A DNA stretch of 64,000 bases from Octopus sinensis (GCF_006345805.1 NC_042998.1:61318001-61382000); one strand, 5' to 3'; counted from the first letter of the stretch, positions 41,470-55,936 are shown. Numbers and translations are program-made. Notes: generated by a model from the letters alone, not told the origin.

Positions 41470-44400
41470 TCACTCACCCATCCATCCTTCTATCCATCCA
41501 CTCATCCATCCATCCATCCGTTCCATCCATCAATCCATCAAGCCCATCCATCAATACACCCACCCATGCCTCTGGTTCATCCATCCATCCATCCAGTCTA
41601 TCTATCCATTCATCAATACATCCATCTGGTCCATCCAACCATCCATCCATCAATCCATCCATTAATCCATCCATCCCGGCAATCCATCCATCCATCAAGT
41701 CCATACATCCATCCATCCATCTATCCATGCATCCATCCATCTGGTCCATCCATACATCCACACATCCATCTGGTCCATCCATCCATCCACCCATCCATCC
41801 AGTCCATCTATCTTGTCCGTTAATCTCTAGAGTCCATCCAATAATACATTCACCCATCCATCCGGTACATCCATACATACATTCTTCCATCAGTACATCC
41901 ATGCTAGCATCCACCCATCCATCCATCCATACAGGCCATCGCTCCATCCACACATCCAGTCAATCCATCCATTAATCCACCTAACCATCTGGTCCAAACT
42001 TCCATCCATCAATCCATTGAGACCATGCATCCATCCATACATCCATCCTTCCATTCATCTGGTCCATACATCCAGCCAGTACATCCATCCACCCAATCCA
42101 TCCATCAAACCATCCACCAATCCATCTGGTCCATCCAGTTCATTCATCCATCCATCAATCTATCAATCCATCCAGTCCATCCATCCAGTCCAACCATCTA
42201 TCCATCTATCCATTCATCTGGCCTATCCATCCATCCATCCACCCACCCATCCATCCATCCAACTGGTACATCCATACAACCATGCTTCCATCCTTCCATC
42301 CATCCATCCAGTCCATCCATCTATGCATCCATCAATCCATCCATCCAGTGCATCCATCCTTCCATACAACCATCCAGGTCCTTCATCTATCAGTCCACTC
42401 ATCCATCCATTCATCCATACATCCAACTGATCCATCCATCCATTTATCCATCCATCCATCCATCCATTTGTCCATCCAGTCAATCCATCCTTCCACCCAT
42501 GCATCCATTCATCCATCCATCCATCCATCCGGTCCATCCATCCATCCATCCGTCCGGTCCATCTATCCATTCAGTACACCCATCCACACATCCATCCATC
42601 CATCAATCCAACCCATCCACCAATCCATCTGGTCCAACCATCTGGTCCATCCATCTTTCAATCCCGGCAGTCCATCCATCCATCCATCCATCAACCAATA
42701 TATCTGGTCCAACCATCCATCCATCTATCCATCAATACACCCATCCATTCATCTGGTCCATTGATCAATCCATACATCCAACTGAAACATCCATCCATCC
42801 ATCAATCCATTCAGTCCACCAATCCAGCCATCTATCCAATCCATCCATACATCCATTCATCCATCACTCCAGTCCGTCTGTTTCATCCATCCACCCATCC
42901 ATGTGGTCTACCCATCGACTGATCCATCCATCCATCCATCAATCCAACCCTCCATCCTGTGCATCCTTCAAACCATCTGATCCCTTCATCCATCCATCCA
43001 TCCATCCATCCGGTCCATCTATCCATCCATCCATTCTTGCAATCCATCCATCCATCCTCCCATCCATTAGGCCCATACTTCCATCAATCCATCCCTCCCT
43101 CAATCCATCCCTCCCTCAATCCATCCATCCTTTCTTCCATGCAATCCATCCATCAATCCATTCATCCACCCATCCATCCGTCCATCTATCAATCCACCAA
43201 TCCGCTGGTCCATCCGTCCATCTAGTTCATCCATCCATATATCCATTCTATCCATCAATCCTCCCATCCATACAAGCGTCTGGTCCATACATCCAAGCAG
43301 TACATCAGACCATCCAGTCAATCCATCCATCCACCCATTAATCTGGTCCATCCGGTCCATCCATCAATCCATGCATCCATCCATCTGGTCTATCCAACCA
43401 TCCAATCCATCCATTCAGTCCATACATCCATCCATTACTCCGGTCCATCAATCAATCCGTCGATCCACCCATCTATCCAGTCCATCCATCCATCAAGTCC
43501 ATCCAACCCTCCATCCACTCATCAATCTGGTCCATCCATCCATTCAGTATGTTCATCTGTCCATTCATCCATCCACCCATCTCGCCTATCTATCCATCCA
43601 TTAATCCAGTATATCCATCCATGCATCAACCCATCCATCTGGTCCATCCATCCTTCAATCCAGTCAATCCATACATCCATCTATCCATCAGGTCCATCCA
43701 TCCATCCATCTGGTCCATCCATCCATCCCATCCATCACTTCATCCAGTCCGTTCATCCATCCATCCATCCACCCATCCACCCATCCATCTGGTCCATCCA
43801 TCAATCTGGTCCATCAATCCATGCATCCACCCATTCATCTCGTCTATCCATCCATCAATCCATCCAGTAGGTCCATCCATCAAATCTATCCATTCATTCA
43901 TCCATCCAGTCCATCCATCCAGTCCATCCATCCGTCAAGTCCATACATCCATCAGTCCATCAGATCTATGCAGTCCATCCATCCACACATCCATGTGGTC
44001 AATCCATCCATTCATCCATCCATCAATTCCATCCAACCACCAAACCAAGCATCCATACATCCATCCAGTCCTTCCCTCCCTCCATCCATCCATCTGGTCC
44101 ATCCATTCAATCCATCCATCATCCATCCATCCAATTATCCATCGAGTCCACCCATGCATCCTTCAATCCATCCAGTTCATACATCTACACATTCTCTCAG
44201 GCATATTTCCTCCATTCACCCACTCATCCATCCATCCATACATCCATCCAATCCATAGTTACTTCCATCCACCCATCCATCTGGTCCATCCATCCATCCA
44301 TTCATCCATCTATCCAGTTCATCTATCCATCAATCCATGAATCCATCCAGTCCATACATCCATCCATCCATCCAGTCCATCCATCTGTACATCCATCACT

Positions 44401-45730
44401 CCAGTCCATGTATCCATCCATCCATCCAGTCAATCCATCTATCCATCCAGTTGATCCATCCTTTCATCCACACATCAATGCAGTCCATCCATCCATCCAT
44501 CTAGTCAATCCATCATTCCATCCATCCATCTGCTCCATCCATGAAGCCATCTATCCATCTGCTCCATCCATCCAACCAGCTAGCCATCCATATGTCCATC
44601 CATCCATCAATCCAACCATCCATCTGGTCCCTCCATCCATCCATACATCCATCTATCCATCCATCTGGTCTATCCATCCATCTATCCATCCATCTGGTCC
44701 ATCAATCCAAACATCCACAAATCCAGCCATCCACCCGGACCATCCATCCATCCTGTCCATCCACCCATCCATTCATTCAACCAGCCAGTCCATCGATCGA
44801 TCCAGTCAATCCAACCCTCCATCCACTCATCAATCCGGTCAATCAATCCATCCATCCATCGATCCATCAATCCACTCATCCATCTGGTCCATAGATCAAT
44901 CCATTCCATCCCTCCATCCATCCACACATCCATCTGGTCCATCCATCCATCCAATCCATGCTGTCCATCTCTCCATCCATCTATCCATCCAGCCATCCAA
45001 CCGGTCAATCCATCCATCATGTCCATCTATCCATGAGTCCATCCGGTCCATCCATCCATCCAGCTAGCCATCCATTTGTCCATCCATCCATCTGGTCTAT
45101 CCATCCATCCAATCCATCCATCCATTCACACATTCATCCATTCATCTGTCCATCCATCCATGCATCCCCCCATCCATCCGGTCCATGTATCCATCCAATG
45201 CATCTGTTCCATCCATCCATCCATGTATCCATCTATCTAGTATATCCATCAAACCATCCATCCATCTACTCCATCCATCCGTCCATCCACCCATCCATCT
45301 GGTCCATCCGTCCATCCATCCATTCATCAATCCATACATTCCATCCATCCATCAACCAATCCATCTTGTCCATCCATCCGTCCAATCATACAGCCACCTA
45401 TGCATCCATTCATACATCCATCCATCCGTCCATCCATCCATCCATCTGGTGCATCCATCCTTTCATCCATCTATCCAGTCCATCCATCCATCCACACATC
45501 TATCTGGTCAATCCATCCATCCAGTCCATCCATCTATCCATCCAGTCCATCCATACATCAATCCACCCATTCATCCATCTATCTGGTCCATCCCTCCATC
45601 CATCCATGAATCCTTCCATCCATCCATCTATCCAGTCCATCCATGCATCCATCTGCCCATCCAGCTATCCATCTATTCCCTCCATCCATCCATCCATCCA
45701 TCTATCCATATGCCCACCTACCCACCTGAC
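41470..45730. repeat. Degenerate (CCAT)n satellite tract of about 4.3 kb in a GPCR intron
   Basis: Continuous ccatccat with recurring ccatctggtccat and ccagtcc variants. It generates the spurious HPSI/MDGW ORFs. Confidence 0.97.
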
Positions 45731-46429
45731 CAAAGCACATCCACCTGTCAGTCCATTTATTCACCGGTGATCCTGACATGGGCAACTATCTGACTATAAT
45801 TGTGCCCCGACGCGGAACAGAGCTATACTTCTAATATGGTGAACTCGAACGTGAAAATAAATGCATCCATCCATAATGTGAGCCCCTACATGGAAAACAT
45901 ATCCTTCTATAAATTTGTTTCTCAGTTTTGTATATCAGTGTCAAGCATTATTTAAGTGTAAGTTATTTGTGTATTTAATTTTGCATTGTTCTCTATAAGG
46001 GGTATTGCTTCCACTATTAATTGCCAATTTTTGCAGTGCATTCTGTTTAAAAGTATGTCAGTGCTATTGATCTACCACATTTAAACAAAGAGCTAAAGCC
46101 ATGCCCTATGTCACATTACACAAAACAAAACTAGATAAGAAAACATCCAAGAAAATTCCAAAACAGAAGCAAAATGACTAGACCATGAGCTGGTAAGAAA
46201 AGGAATTACATTGTCAATCTTGAAACTAAAGGTCCTTGATATGGAAATCTGAAATGAGAAGCTCAACCGCTAATCATAGTTGCTGACGAGCAAGGCATTG
46301 AACAAACTTGATACAAAGATTGCTAAAACTCAGTCAGAGAACAAGAGCAGAATCTGTAGAAAAAAGATGACTGTACTAACCATCTTTCTAGTAAATGCAG
46401 TAAGCTGGCACAAAAGAATATAAGTTCAG

Positions 46430-46570
46430 GCATGACTGTATCAGTAAGAGAAACTGGTGACAGTGTCCACTAGATAATAAGTGCCTTTTGTAAGAGCTCG
46501 TTGACAAGGCTGATGTCCAGGACAAGGAAGGCATTATGAAAATCGTATATAGGTGGGCCTCACGGAGGAC
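46430..46570 (+). mobile_element. Possible Penelope-like GIY-YIG endonuclease remnant
   Basis: Translation CPLDNKCLL*ELVDKADV...(frameshift)YIGG resembles the CPL-x-x-x-CL...VY-x-A-x-V...YIG motif. It is short and degraded. Confidence 0.35.
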
Positions 46571-46584
46571 AAGTGATGACACTT

Positions 46585-46805
46585 TGGCGATATGCTGTAC
46601 TTGAGAAGATTCATCAAGCCAAGTGAAATCATAGTTGTGGCCAAGCCAGTGTCACATAACTGGCACCTGTGCCAGTGGCACATAAAAAAAACCCATTACA
46701 CTCTCAGACTGGTTGGTGTTAGGAAGGGCATCCTGCCATAGAAGCCATGCCATATCAGACTGGAACCTGGTTCAACTATCTGCTTTACCAGTTCCAGTCA
46801 AACCA
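46585..46805 (+). mobile_element. Short interspersed repeat (SINE-like or LINE 3' end)
   Basis: Contains ggttggtgttaggaagggcatcc, a motif typical of abundant mollusc interspersed repeats, followed by microsatellites. Confidence 0.45.
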
Positions 46806-46839
46806 TGATCATGATCATGATCACACACACACACACACA

Positions 46840-46884
<45 letters not shown>

Positions 46885-47364
46885 ACACACGTGTACACAC
46901 ATATATATCATGATAATGATGAGGGCTCACAGAAAACACCTTTAAAGCCTGTTTCATTCAACATTTTTACACAATCTGTAACAGTAGTAGAAGAAATGTT
47001 ACATCATATAAATAATCCTACCATCAAGTATTTAAAGAAAGTGTCTAAAATGGACAAGGCACAAGGTGTAATCTGTAGTAACAGAAAAACTGCACATCCT
47101 GTCTGCAATTAACATCTTAAACTCAAGAGAGGAGACACTTGCCCCAATCTTGCTTATATGGGAAAAAATTCAGTCTACAATTATTAAAATATACTCCTTC
47201 CCTGGAGAATTCCATCCACAAACAGGATAACAGTAACATCTTTCCATAATAATCACTACACCATTATCCTAATCAACACCATCATTACAATTGCTCCTCC
47301 CCTTTTTACAATGATTTCCTTATTTTCCTTATCATCATTATCAGAATCATTGTAAGTATCAGAA

Positions 47365-47400
47365 CACATACATACATGCATGTATACATACATACATACA

Positions 47401-47436
<36 letters not shown>

Positions 47437-47648
47437 TATACATACATACATGCATTTATTCATTCATTCATACATACATGCATACATACATACATGCATT
47501 TATTCATTCATATGTACATACATACATACATGCATGCATTTATTCATACATACATACATACATACATACATAAATACATACATACATGCATACATACATG
47601 CATACATACATACACACACACACACACACATACATACATATATACATG
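47365..47648. repeat. (TACA)n microsatellite at the RTE 3' end
   Basis: Direct reading. Confidence 0.9.
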
Positions 47649-47649
47649 A

Positions 47650-49710
47650 TGGCCGTCCACTTGTGACCGAGGAAGACCATTGCCGACCTTCAGGAACATT
47701 GTGCGCTCTAGGACTAACTTATATTTTGCATTTGCGGCTCCGTAGGTGACTAATGAGCCCTGCTCTTGACAAGCATACACGACTGCAAACATTGCAGACC
47801 AAGCTTTCCCCATTCACTATACGAGCCGTGCGCTTTCGCGCAGCTCACCTAAGTTCTTCATGCTGGATACGTGCTCTCTCAAAAGTGCTGATCCCCTCCT
47901 TAACCTGCTTCCTCCATCTGTGGCAATGACAGGCATTGTTCTTCTAGTCAGTGTCCTGCATATCAAAGGCCTTTAACGAGGATTTGACACAGTCCTTAAA
48001 TCGCAGCCTTGGTTTCTGCCAGAGTCTCCTTCCATTCACAAGTTCTCCATAGAGCATCTGCTTAGGAATCATTCTATCCTCCATTCTGATAAGGTGTCCA
48101 GTTCAACGCAACCGGTGCTTGTGTACCATTGCCTCAATACTCAAGATATCAGCTGTCCTCAGGATCTGTGTGTCTGGAATTTTTGAGGTCCAGCCAACAT
48201 TGAGAATGTGTCTGAGACATCTCGGATGAAAACGTTCAAGGACCCTTACCTGACGTTTGTACAGAGTCCATGTCTCACATGAGTAGAGAAGCGATGTCAG
48301 TACACAAGCACGGTACACAGCAACTTTTGTTCTCCTTGCGATGCCATGTTGGGACTAGACACGAGACTGAAGAGACCGGAAGGAATTTGTTGCTCTCTGC
48401 AACCTGAAAGATATTTCCTCATCCAGGGAGCAAGAACGGCTGAGTGTGCTGCCCAGGTAGACAAACTTGTCTACTACCTTCAGAATTGTTCCTTCAACCA
48501 AGGTAGCTGGTTCTATATATGGATTTCCTCGTGCAGGCTGGAACATTACAACAGTCTTGTCCAGGCTAATGCTGAGTCCAAATGCCCTGCAAGAAGCAGA
48601 AATGCAATTCATGAGTATTTGCATGTCATCCACTGTATGAGTGACTAAGTCACAGTCATCTGCATAAAGGAGGTCACAAATAATAGACTGGGAAACCTTT
48701 GAATTGGCAGCAAATCGGCAAAGGTTAAAGAGGCGGCCATAAGATCGATATCTGACATATATTCCCAGAGAGCTAACCTTAACAAAAGCATGAGTAAAAG
48801 TAGCAGCAAAGTACAAAGAAAAGAGAGTTGGGGCAAGGATGTCACTCTGCTTAACACCATTCTCTACAGGAATGGGTCCTGCCATGGCACCACCAACATT
48901 GACCCTGCATCTGTTTTGCTGTGAAAATCATATCCATTGTCCCTCTACCAGATCGGAAGCCACATTGAGATTCAGATAGGACATCATTTACGAGACACCC
49001 ATTCAGACGGGTAAGAAGAATATTTGCCAGAACCTTGCCAGCAGCTGATAGTAGAGCAATACCTCTGTAGTTACCACACATTGTTCTGGCTCCTTTTCCT
49101 TTATATAGAGGAAGAATAATTGCATCCTTCCAGTCCTTAGGGATTGCACCATCCCTCCAAACTGCACTAATAAGTTCATGAAGGGACTGCGTGATGCAAT
49201 TACCACCAAATCACAAGACCTCAGCACAAATTCCATCCTTTCCAGGTGCCCTACCAAGATTCAATTTACTTATTGATGTCATTACTTCATGTATTGATGG
49301 CGAGGAGTCTAAGGAGTCAATGATAGGTCTTTGTTTCATAGTATCAATCACTGTTTCATCCACAACTGACTCATGGTTTAGGAGTTCAGAGAAGTGTTTG
49401 ATCCAGCAACCTGTGATTTCTGTTGATTTAGTAAACAGAGTGGAAGACTCCTTGGAAAACAAAGGAGCTGATGTGGAGCTCTTAGGTCCATAAGCTCGCT
49501 TCATAAGATGGTAAAGCTTCTTGCTGTCATTTGCATCAGCAGCAGCCTGAACATCACGAGCAAGATCCTCCCACCAAGTGTTCTGCATCTTCCTGAGAGA
49601 TCGCTGCAATAGTGATTTTACACTGTTATAGTGGGCAAGTGCTAGACTTTGCTGCACAGTAGACAGTTCTCTGTGCAGCAACACACTGTGGGCATGGCGC
49701 TTCACCACTA
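47650..49710 (-). mobile_element. 5'-truncated, frameshifted RTE-clade LINE (reverse transcriptase)
   Basis: The ORF pieces contain RAPGKDGI, GNYRGIALLS, QCGFRSGRGT-DMIF, GVKQ-D-LAP-LF, LLYADD, FVYLGS and LLYSCETW. It has an internal deletion and (TACA)n on both sides. Confidence 0.93.
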
Positions 49711-50074
49711 ATAGTCATTGAATACATACATACATACATACATACATACATACATACATACATACATACATGTATAATGTGATAATGAAAGTCACAATTC
49801 TTGTCAAATACAATTACCGAGGGTTTCCTGGTCAAAACATGAATATATTTTGCCATTTTTGAAGCTGAGTAAAAGATTTTTTTTAGTTGCTTATCTAAGC
49901 AGATGCTATTTAAACAAGGGGTGCTGATAAGGAAGAAGACAAAAAGAAAAACACAAAGGAAATACATACATACAAACATACACGAATATATACACATATA
50001 CATACATACATAAATACATACATACATACATACGAAAAAAGACCATGCATGGCTATGTTTCTCGTAGACTTTAA

Positions 50075-50928
50075 GAAGACAGTAACATTAACATGAAGCG
50101 AAGCTTCTTTTGGACGCATAATTGTCACATTACATCCCACTTTGATGGCTATGCGTTTGCAATCCAAGAACAGGAGATTGCTGTTAAATACCTAATCAAC
50201 AAAAGAGACAGTGAAACCCTTGGAGTTCCAAGATGCAACTGTGAATGTAGATTATGTCACATTTCTGTGGAAGACATCACACATGGGATTAACAGCTGCC
50301 CAAAATTGTCATTAAGGGGCTACTTCCTTATGGGACATGACATTGTCTCAAAAACAATATACAATGCCATTAGGCAAAAAGACTGTCCTAGAATAAATAT
50401 AGAGAATTCCCCTGTTATTGAATACATACACAAATACCAGCACAAGAAATACTGGTATAACATTCCCCTCAAAACATCTATCAACTGTAAATATAACAGG
50501 CCAGATATTGTTTGGGACAACAATATGTACCGTCAAGAGGTTAGCTGTCCTGCTGATGAGAATATTTCTTTGAAAATCAAAATAAAAGATGATAATTACG
50601 GACAACTGCTTCAAAACCTCCAGCTTTTATATCCGGATTACAAATTCACATTTATACCAATAATAATTGGAGAACTTGGTTTTGTACGTAAATGCCTAAC
50701 TGTCATTCTGGATAAGCATAAATTTTCAGGAAACGAATTCAACCAACAGACTCGGACATTACAAATACAATTTGTAAGCAGAACAGTAAAATTATGCAAG
50801 ACTTTTCTCAGGTTTAAAATGTGACATTACTTTTGTTATCAACATTCCAATGATGGAGCTTTGTATTTTTGTTAGAAACCAGCTCCTTCTTTAGAGGAAG
50901 AATTTAAATGATTAAATACAGAAGAGAC
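50075..50928 (+). mobile_element. 3' fragment of an RLE-type (R4/Dong-like) non-LTR retrotransposon
   Basis: The 243-aa ORF has a CCHC knuckle (CRLC...HGINSC), H-D-x-V, RPDIV, EVSCP, K-x-x-x-Y and PIIIG-LG. It is bracketed by a 20-bp direct repeat. Confidence 0.88.
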
Positions 50929-51084
50929 ATGTTTCTCGTAGACTTTAATTATTACAAGAAAAGTAATAATTAGCAATTAATGCAATCTTCTGTATCATAT
51001 AATAATTAAGTTGAAAAATGTATGATGCTTTGTTTTATTCTTATATGTTGATTGCATTCATGTTTTAAGTTATTTGTCAATAGA

Positions 51085-51440
51085 CATGGTTCCAGGTTCA
51101 GTCTCACTGCATGGCACCTTGGGAAAGTGTCTTCTAGTATAGCCTCAGCCTGACCAAAGCCTTGTGAGTGGATTTGGTAGACGGAAACTGAAAGAAGCCC
51201 GTCGTATATATGTATATACATATGTATGTGTGTGTATATGTTTGTGTGTCTGTGTTTGTTCCCCCAACATCGCTTGAAAACCAATGCTGTTGTGTTTACG
51301 TCCCCGTAACTTAGCTGTTCAGCAAAAGAGACCAATAGAATAAGTACTAGGCTTACAAAGAATAAGTCCTGGGGTCAATTTGCTCGACTAAATGCAGTGC
51401 TCCAGCATGGCCACAGTCAAATGACTGAAACGAGTAAAAG
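51085..51440 (+). mobile_element. SINE (5'-truncated, tRNA-derived type)
   Basis: B-box-like ggttcagtc, caccttgggaaagtgtctt core, an internal (TA/TG)n, and the ccagcatggccacagtc...gactgaaac 3' end typical of cephalopod SINEs. Confidence 0.7.
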
Positions 51441-51691
51441 AGATATCTTCGATTTCTAATTGAGAGGAGAGGAGAGACAAATGTGATCACTGACACCCAT
51501 GTTCCTCAATAAGAAAAATATATAAACAATGTTAGTGAAGTAGGGTCGCTATCAACAGCAACAATCATGACTTTAGCTTGATGGTAGCTTATCTATTATT
51601 TTATAGTTTTTCAAAATATAAATGAGTCTAGCAAAGTATTAATTTTGAAGATCAGAGAAAAATGAGGTGAAGGAAACAGCGAAATACTTAC

Positions 51692-51755
51692 ACTTGTGCA
51701 ACACTGATGTAATTGTTTGTGTAGTTAACTGCCAGAGTAATGACAGCTGGAAGAC
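51692..51755 (-). CDS. GPCR exon: end of TM4 and ECL2 (GLPAVITLAVNYTNNYISVAQV)
   Basis: ttgtcag|GT CTT CCA...CAA GT|gtaagt, 64 nt, phase 1 to 2. It completes the family-B W-G-x-P motif and joins both neighbours in frame. It is absent from the ORF track. Confidence 0.88.
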
Positions 51756-52329
51756 CTGACAATGATATTTACAGAAACAAATATGAATCTTTAGATAATA
51801 ATTAACTTTTGAAATCATAAATAAATGATATGTGAATTGATTTAGTTTAGTATGTTTTTGCCCAGAAAATTAGCCAGTTCAAAAGGAACCGATATTTCAT
51901 TTCTTACCACACACAATTCACTTCTTGCCATTTGCTCCTTTGGTTTCTAGAAATAGCTACGACTAATATGCTATTTTGATCCTATCAATTATGCTTTAGA
52001 GGGCTGCAAAAAGTGGAAAATCATGGAAGTTCTGGACACTGGTAAGAAGACAGAATGACATGGATGACAACAGAAATTCACTCTCCTCAACTATTATTTG
52101 GTGAAAGTGCATAACAGGTAACTCTTGGGTTCCCTCTGGAGACAAGATCAGACTGAAGTTGTAGGACAGTGATCTTTTCACTCAGGATTTAACGCTCCTG
52201 GTATTGTAAATTTGGATTTTACAGTAAAACAGATCTGTAATCTAAGTTTGAGTTGTTTTAAGCAACAACACTTTAATTTCTAGTTTCAAAAGTATCTTTA
52301 AAGATGGTAGGATCTATAATGGGGTAGAG

Positions 52330-54314
52330 CAGTGATTGCCAAACTTTTTCAGACTGCCACCCACTTGGCACCCATACAACATTCCTAGTGTCTCTCTCAA
52401 ACACTCACCACCACAAACACAGACCTCTTTCAGCTGTGAATACAAAACAACTATATTTCACAAATAAACTTAACCCATTGTTTTGTTGCTTTTACAATAC
52501 GAAAGAGTAAATTTACATCTCACTTGTAAATACTTTATTTTCATATTTTTAATACGATGGATATACATTGTGCAGGGAAATTAGCTTCTCAACATCTGGC
52601 TGAAAGGTTCTAAAAAGTAGTTTTAGGTCATCACATTCGATACTGAAGCTCTGCTCTACGAAATATGATGTTGGGACAGCAATAGACTACATCTTGGCTT
52701 TGTTCTTCAGAGCAGGGTAGCAATCAGAAATGTATTTCTGTAATCAAAATTCTTGATGTGATTTTTTAAACTTTGGCCTCAGCTCAGTGTCATTTAACTT
52801 TAAGTGAAACCACTATTCATGTTTCCTCATTGCTGATATCTTGGTAAAGTAACTAAAAATAATATCCTGAAACCTGTCAGACATGTCTCAGTACAGCTCA
52901 TCCAGGTGTGAACAATACACTTGAATGCCATCTTCTGGTGTGCACTTTTCCTTCTCCAATTCAGAGAGTCTCAGAAACTGGAGGCTTATGTTACATTTGA
53001 ATGGTTGGTTTTACTTTGGTATGGTTTAACCTAATTTCCTTGCAGTTGCAAGTAAACTTCATTGAACTTTGTGAATATATCTGCCATGTAAGCAATGCCA
53101 TGCTTGATATTTCTTGGTTCATCACAAAGAACAGAATAAACAGTTCTACATTTAAGAGATGAGGAATTATGTATATTATTTACATTTGATGGATATTTGT
53201 GTTAACAACAAACAAGATGAGGACAAATATCTATCAAATGAAAATAACGAACAGAATAAGAGTCTCAACAACTGTTTTAAAAAGGGAATAGAAACTTCTA
53301 GGCAGTTCCCCTTTGACAGCCATTAAATTTCTGTGTGCAAGAGTTGAAACAGTGAGGAATTGTGAGCATGTGTGTTGATTTTATTTACTGCTGTGATAAC
53401 AGTGCTCATTGATTTGTTAAGTCCACAACTTAGGTTATTTGCAACCAGGTGTTGCCTGAGGATTATAGAGTGTGCACTAGACATGCTAGGTATAACTTTT
53501 ACAATAAACTGATGAAGCTGCAATGACAACCTACCATCGATGGTGTCCCTTCTATTGCTCAAACACAAAATATTGATTCCTCTTGTGTATCTGTTTCTAG
53601 TTGTCTTACAAATTATTACTCTTGAACAAAATGTTAATCTTTTACAAAGCAAACATAAGCAAGAAATATACTTTTATTGTTTGGCAAGGGCGACTAATCT
53701 CGCCAAGCAAGCCAAGTTTGGAGGTTCTAAGTAGGTTGCACTATTTATTTTCAATGCTATAATATTCCACATTTTAAAACATTTGTAGTATGCCTTGTTA
53801 GAAAAAAAATTCCATACGTCCATTTCATTTTGATTTTCATAATTAAAATCTGGAAACCCCACCACCAAAAAATAAAAATAAAAACAAAAACAAATTACGA
53901 TTCATGTATGATAGCCTTTCGAAAAATGTTTTCTGAAAGAATACGGATTATAAGTTTTCAAAATGTGGAAAAAATACATGATGAAAAAATGCCATATGTT
54001 CAGTGTCATGTTTCGTCTTTTTGGGGAATTCTCTTGTGAATTTTATGACCAGCTTTGTTAGAGAACTTTTGTTGTTTTTCAAATTTATTTTTGTTCTTTG
54101 TTCTTTAAGTTAGTTTTACTAAACACTATTTTTTAAACTTGAGTGTACCATTGAAAAATAGACGCTGGCAAGGCCATCCATAACTCCCTTATTGCGCTGT
54201 TTTTTTCCAGTGCCCACCCCACCAGATCTTTCCACTGCCTCTTGGATCTTTCCACTGTCTCTGGATCTTTCTACTGCCCCAAGGGGATGGTAACACCCAC
54301 TTTTGGAACCACTG
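52330..54314 (-). mobile_element. Decayed hAT (Charlie/Buster-like) DNA transposon
   Basis: Imperfect TIRs cagtgattgccaaa and ttttggaaccactg. The minus strand encodes IILRQHLVA...VITAVNKI...LLHTEI*WLSKG, matching the Buster HTEVRWLSKG region. No 8-bp TSD match was seen. Confidence 0.8.
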
Positions 54315-54682
54315 AAGGGGATTCGTGATATAGAGCCCCTTCCTGAGATATTTTACTGCAGTGATTGATTTTCAATACTTTCTGCAACATTAGAACAGAA
54401 TAACAAAATCGAGAAAAATAAATTGAACTCTTACTAGGCAACATCCACTTTGATAATGTCAAAAAACATGGTTAATAATGTTTAGTTTAGTGTCCTGAGT
54501 TCAAATCCCAACAAGGTTAACTTTTCCTTCAAAATTTTTGGTTCAATGAAATGAATACAATTGTCTGGATCATTCAAGAGAAATTTTTGCCATCAACTAA
54601 CATTCATGTACAAATATTAAACACAAAGAAATGTGTGTACGTGTGTGTATGTGTGTTTGAGAGAGAGAGAGAGAGATAGCGT

Positions 54683-54714
<32 letters not shown>

Positions 54715-54760
54715 TAAAGTGACCCGAAAATAGAAAACTGAAGATAGAAATTATACCTAC

Positions 54761-54902
54761 CCCAGGCCAAAATTGAACTCACGATCATAAAATATTTTTC
54801 GTTCAGTTCCAAATTTTTATAATCTGTATAATCATGAAAAGCTTCGATACCCATCCACATGACAGTTGCTGTAAGGGAGTAGTGTAACAGAGCAGCCACA
54901 GC
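54761..54902 (-). CDS. GPCR exon: TM3-ICL2-TM4 (AVAALLHYSLTATVMWMGIEAF...SSILAWG)
   Basis: ttcaag acceptor and G|gtaggt donor, 142 nt, phase 0 to 1. Contains the adhesion-GPCR LLHY...WM-x-x-E motif. Confidence 0.9.
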
Positions 54903-55349
54903 CTTGAATGACAACAACAACAACAATAAAGGTTTCTAACATTGACATATGTTTGGCTTCAAATATATATTGTATTTCAGGGGTAGGGGTGGAGGTGGGG
55001 TAAACTATATTGATATCAGTAATAGTTTTATATTTTATAGTTTTGAATCCAGAAAGTTGAAAATTAAAATAGAATCTTCTGAAATTTCAACACAGAACAT
55101 GGGAACACATATTTCAGTACAGCAAAGATGATATCATTCTCTTAACGTGGGAACGCAGGTTGCCATCGTTCAAATTTTTGAATTTGAATTTCTATAATTT
55201 TGAATTTCTATGCATCACTTTTCATTTTGTACTTGACAAAAACAGGCAAGCTGTTGAAATATTGTTCAAACCAATAAAATATCTATTGTAATGTCATTGT
55301 GCTCTACATATTGTCTACTTACCTTTGTAAGGAGTTATGTTAATCCTTT

Positions 55350-55401
55350 TAAAATTATAATGATAATAATAACGATAATAACTACAATAATAATAATAAT
55401 G

Positions 55402-55437
<36 letters not shown>

Positions 55438-55440
55438 TAA
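55350..55440. repeat. (AAT)n microsatellite
   Basis: Direct reading. Confidence 0.9.
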
Positions 55441-55936
55441 AATTTTGGTACAAGGCCCCATAGAAATGAAAGCAAGATTGATCTCAGCAGATTTGAACTC
55501 AGAATGTAAGAATGGATGAAATCTTTGAAATTTTGGTCTCGTTCATGGCTTTCACATCCAAACCCAGTTATCTGAGGCCACTGAGCAGGCGACTCTGCTT
55601 CGAGAGTGACCCCAATCCACATGCATTTATACATTCTATTGTTGAGGCTGCCATGTTGGCTAAAAGATGATGAAGAGAAAGGGAAACAGACTACTTAACT
55701 ATTTCGTGGTACCAGTGACTGAATGACTTGGTCTCCATAGGGTTTTGAGCTTCCTTAGGGAAATCTGTTAGAAGCCTACAGTTGGCTCTTTCATTAGGAC
55801 TTCACACAGCATCAGGGAAATCTTCCCTCAGTATTTTGTATGCCTCCAAGTCCAATTTTATTATTTTCAAATTTTGTGGCTCTTTGGAAGTGCTGGTCAT
55901 GATAACTTATCCCTCTATTTCAGCATTTTCTTTATC

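Noticed and set aside
41362-45793. Long His/Pro/Ser/Ile and Met/Asp/Gly/Trp ORFs of up to 438 aa
   Set aside because: They are translations of the (CCAT)n tract, which lacks stop codons by composition, and are open in many frames at once.
54222-54280. Three copies of a ~19-bp repeat (gatctttccactg...)
   Set aside because: Ordinary subterminal repeat inside the hAT element.
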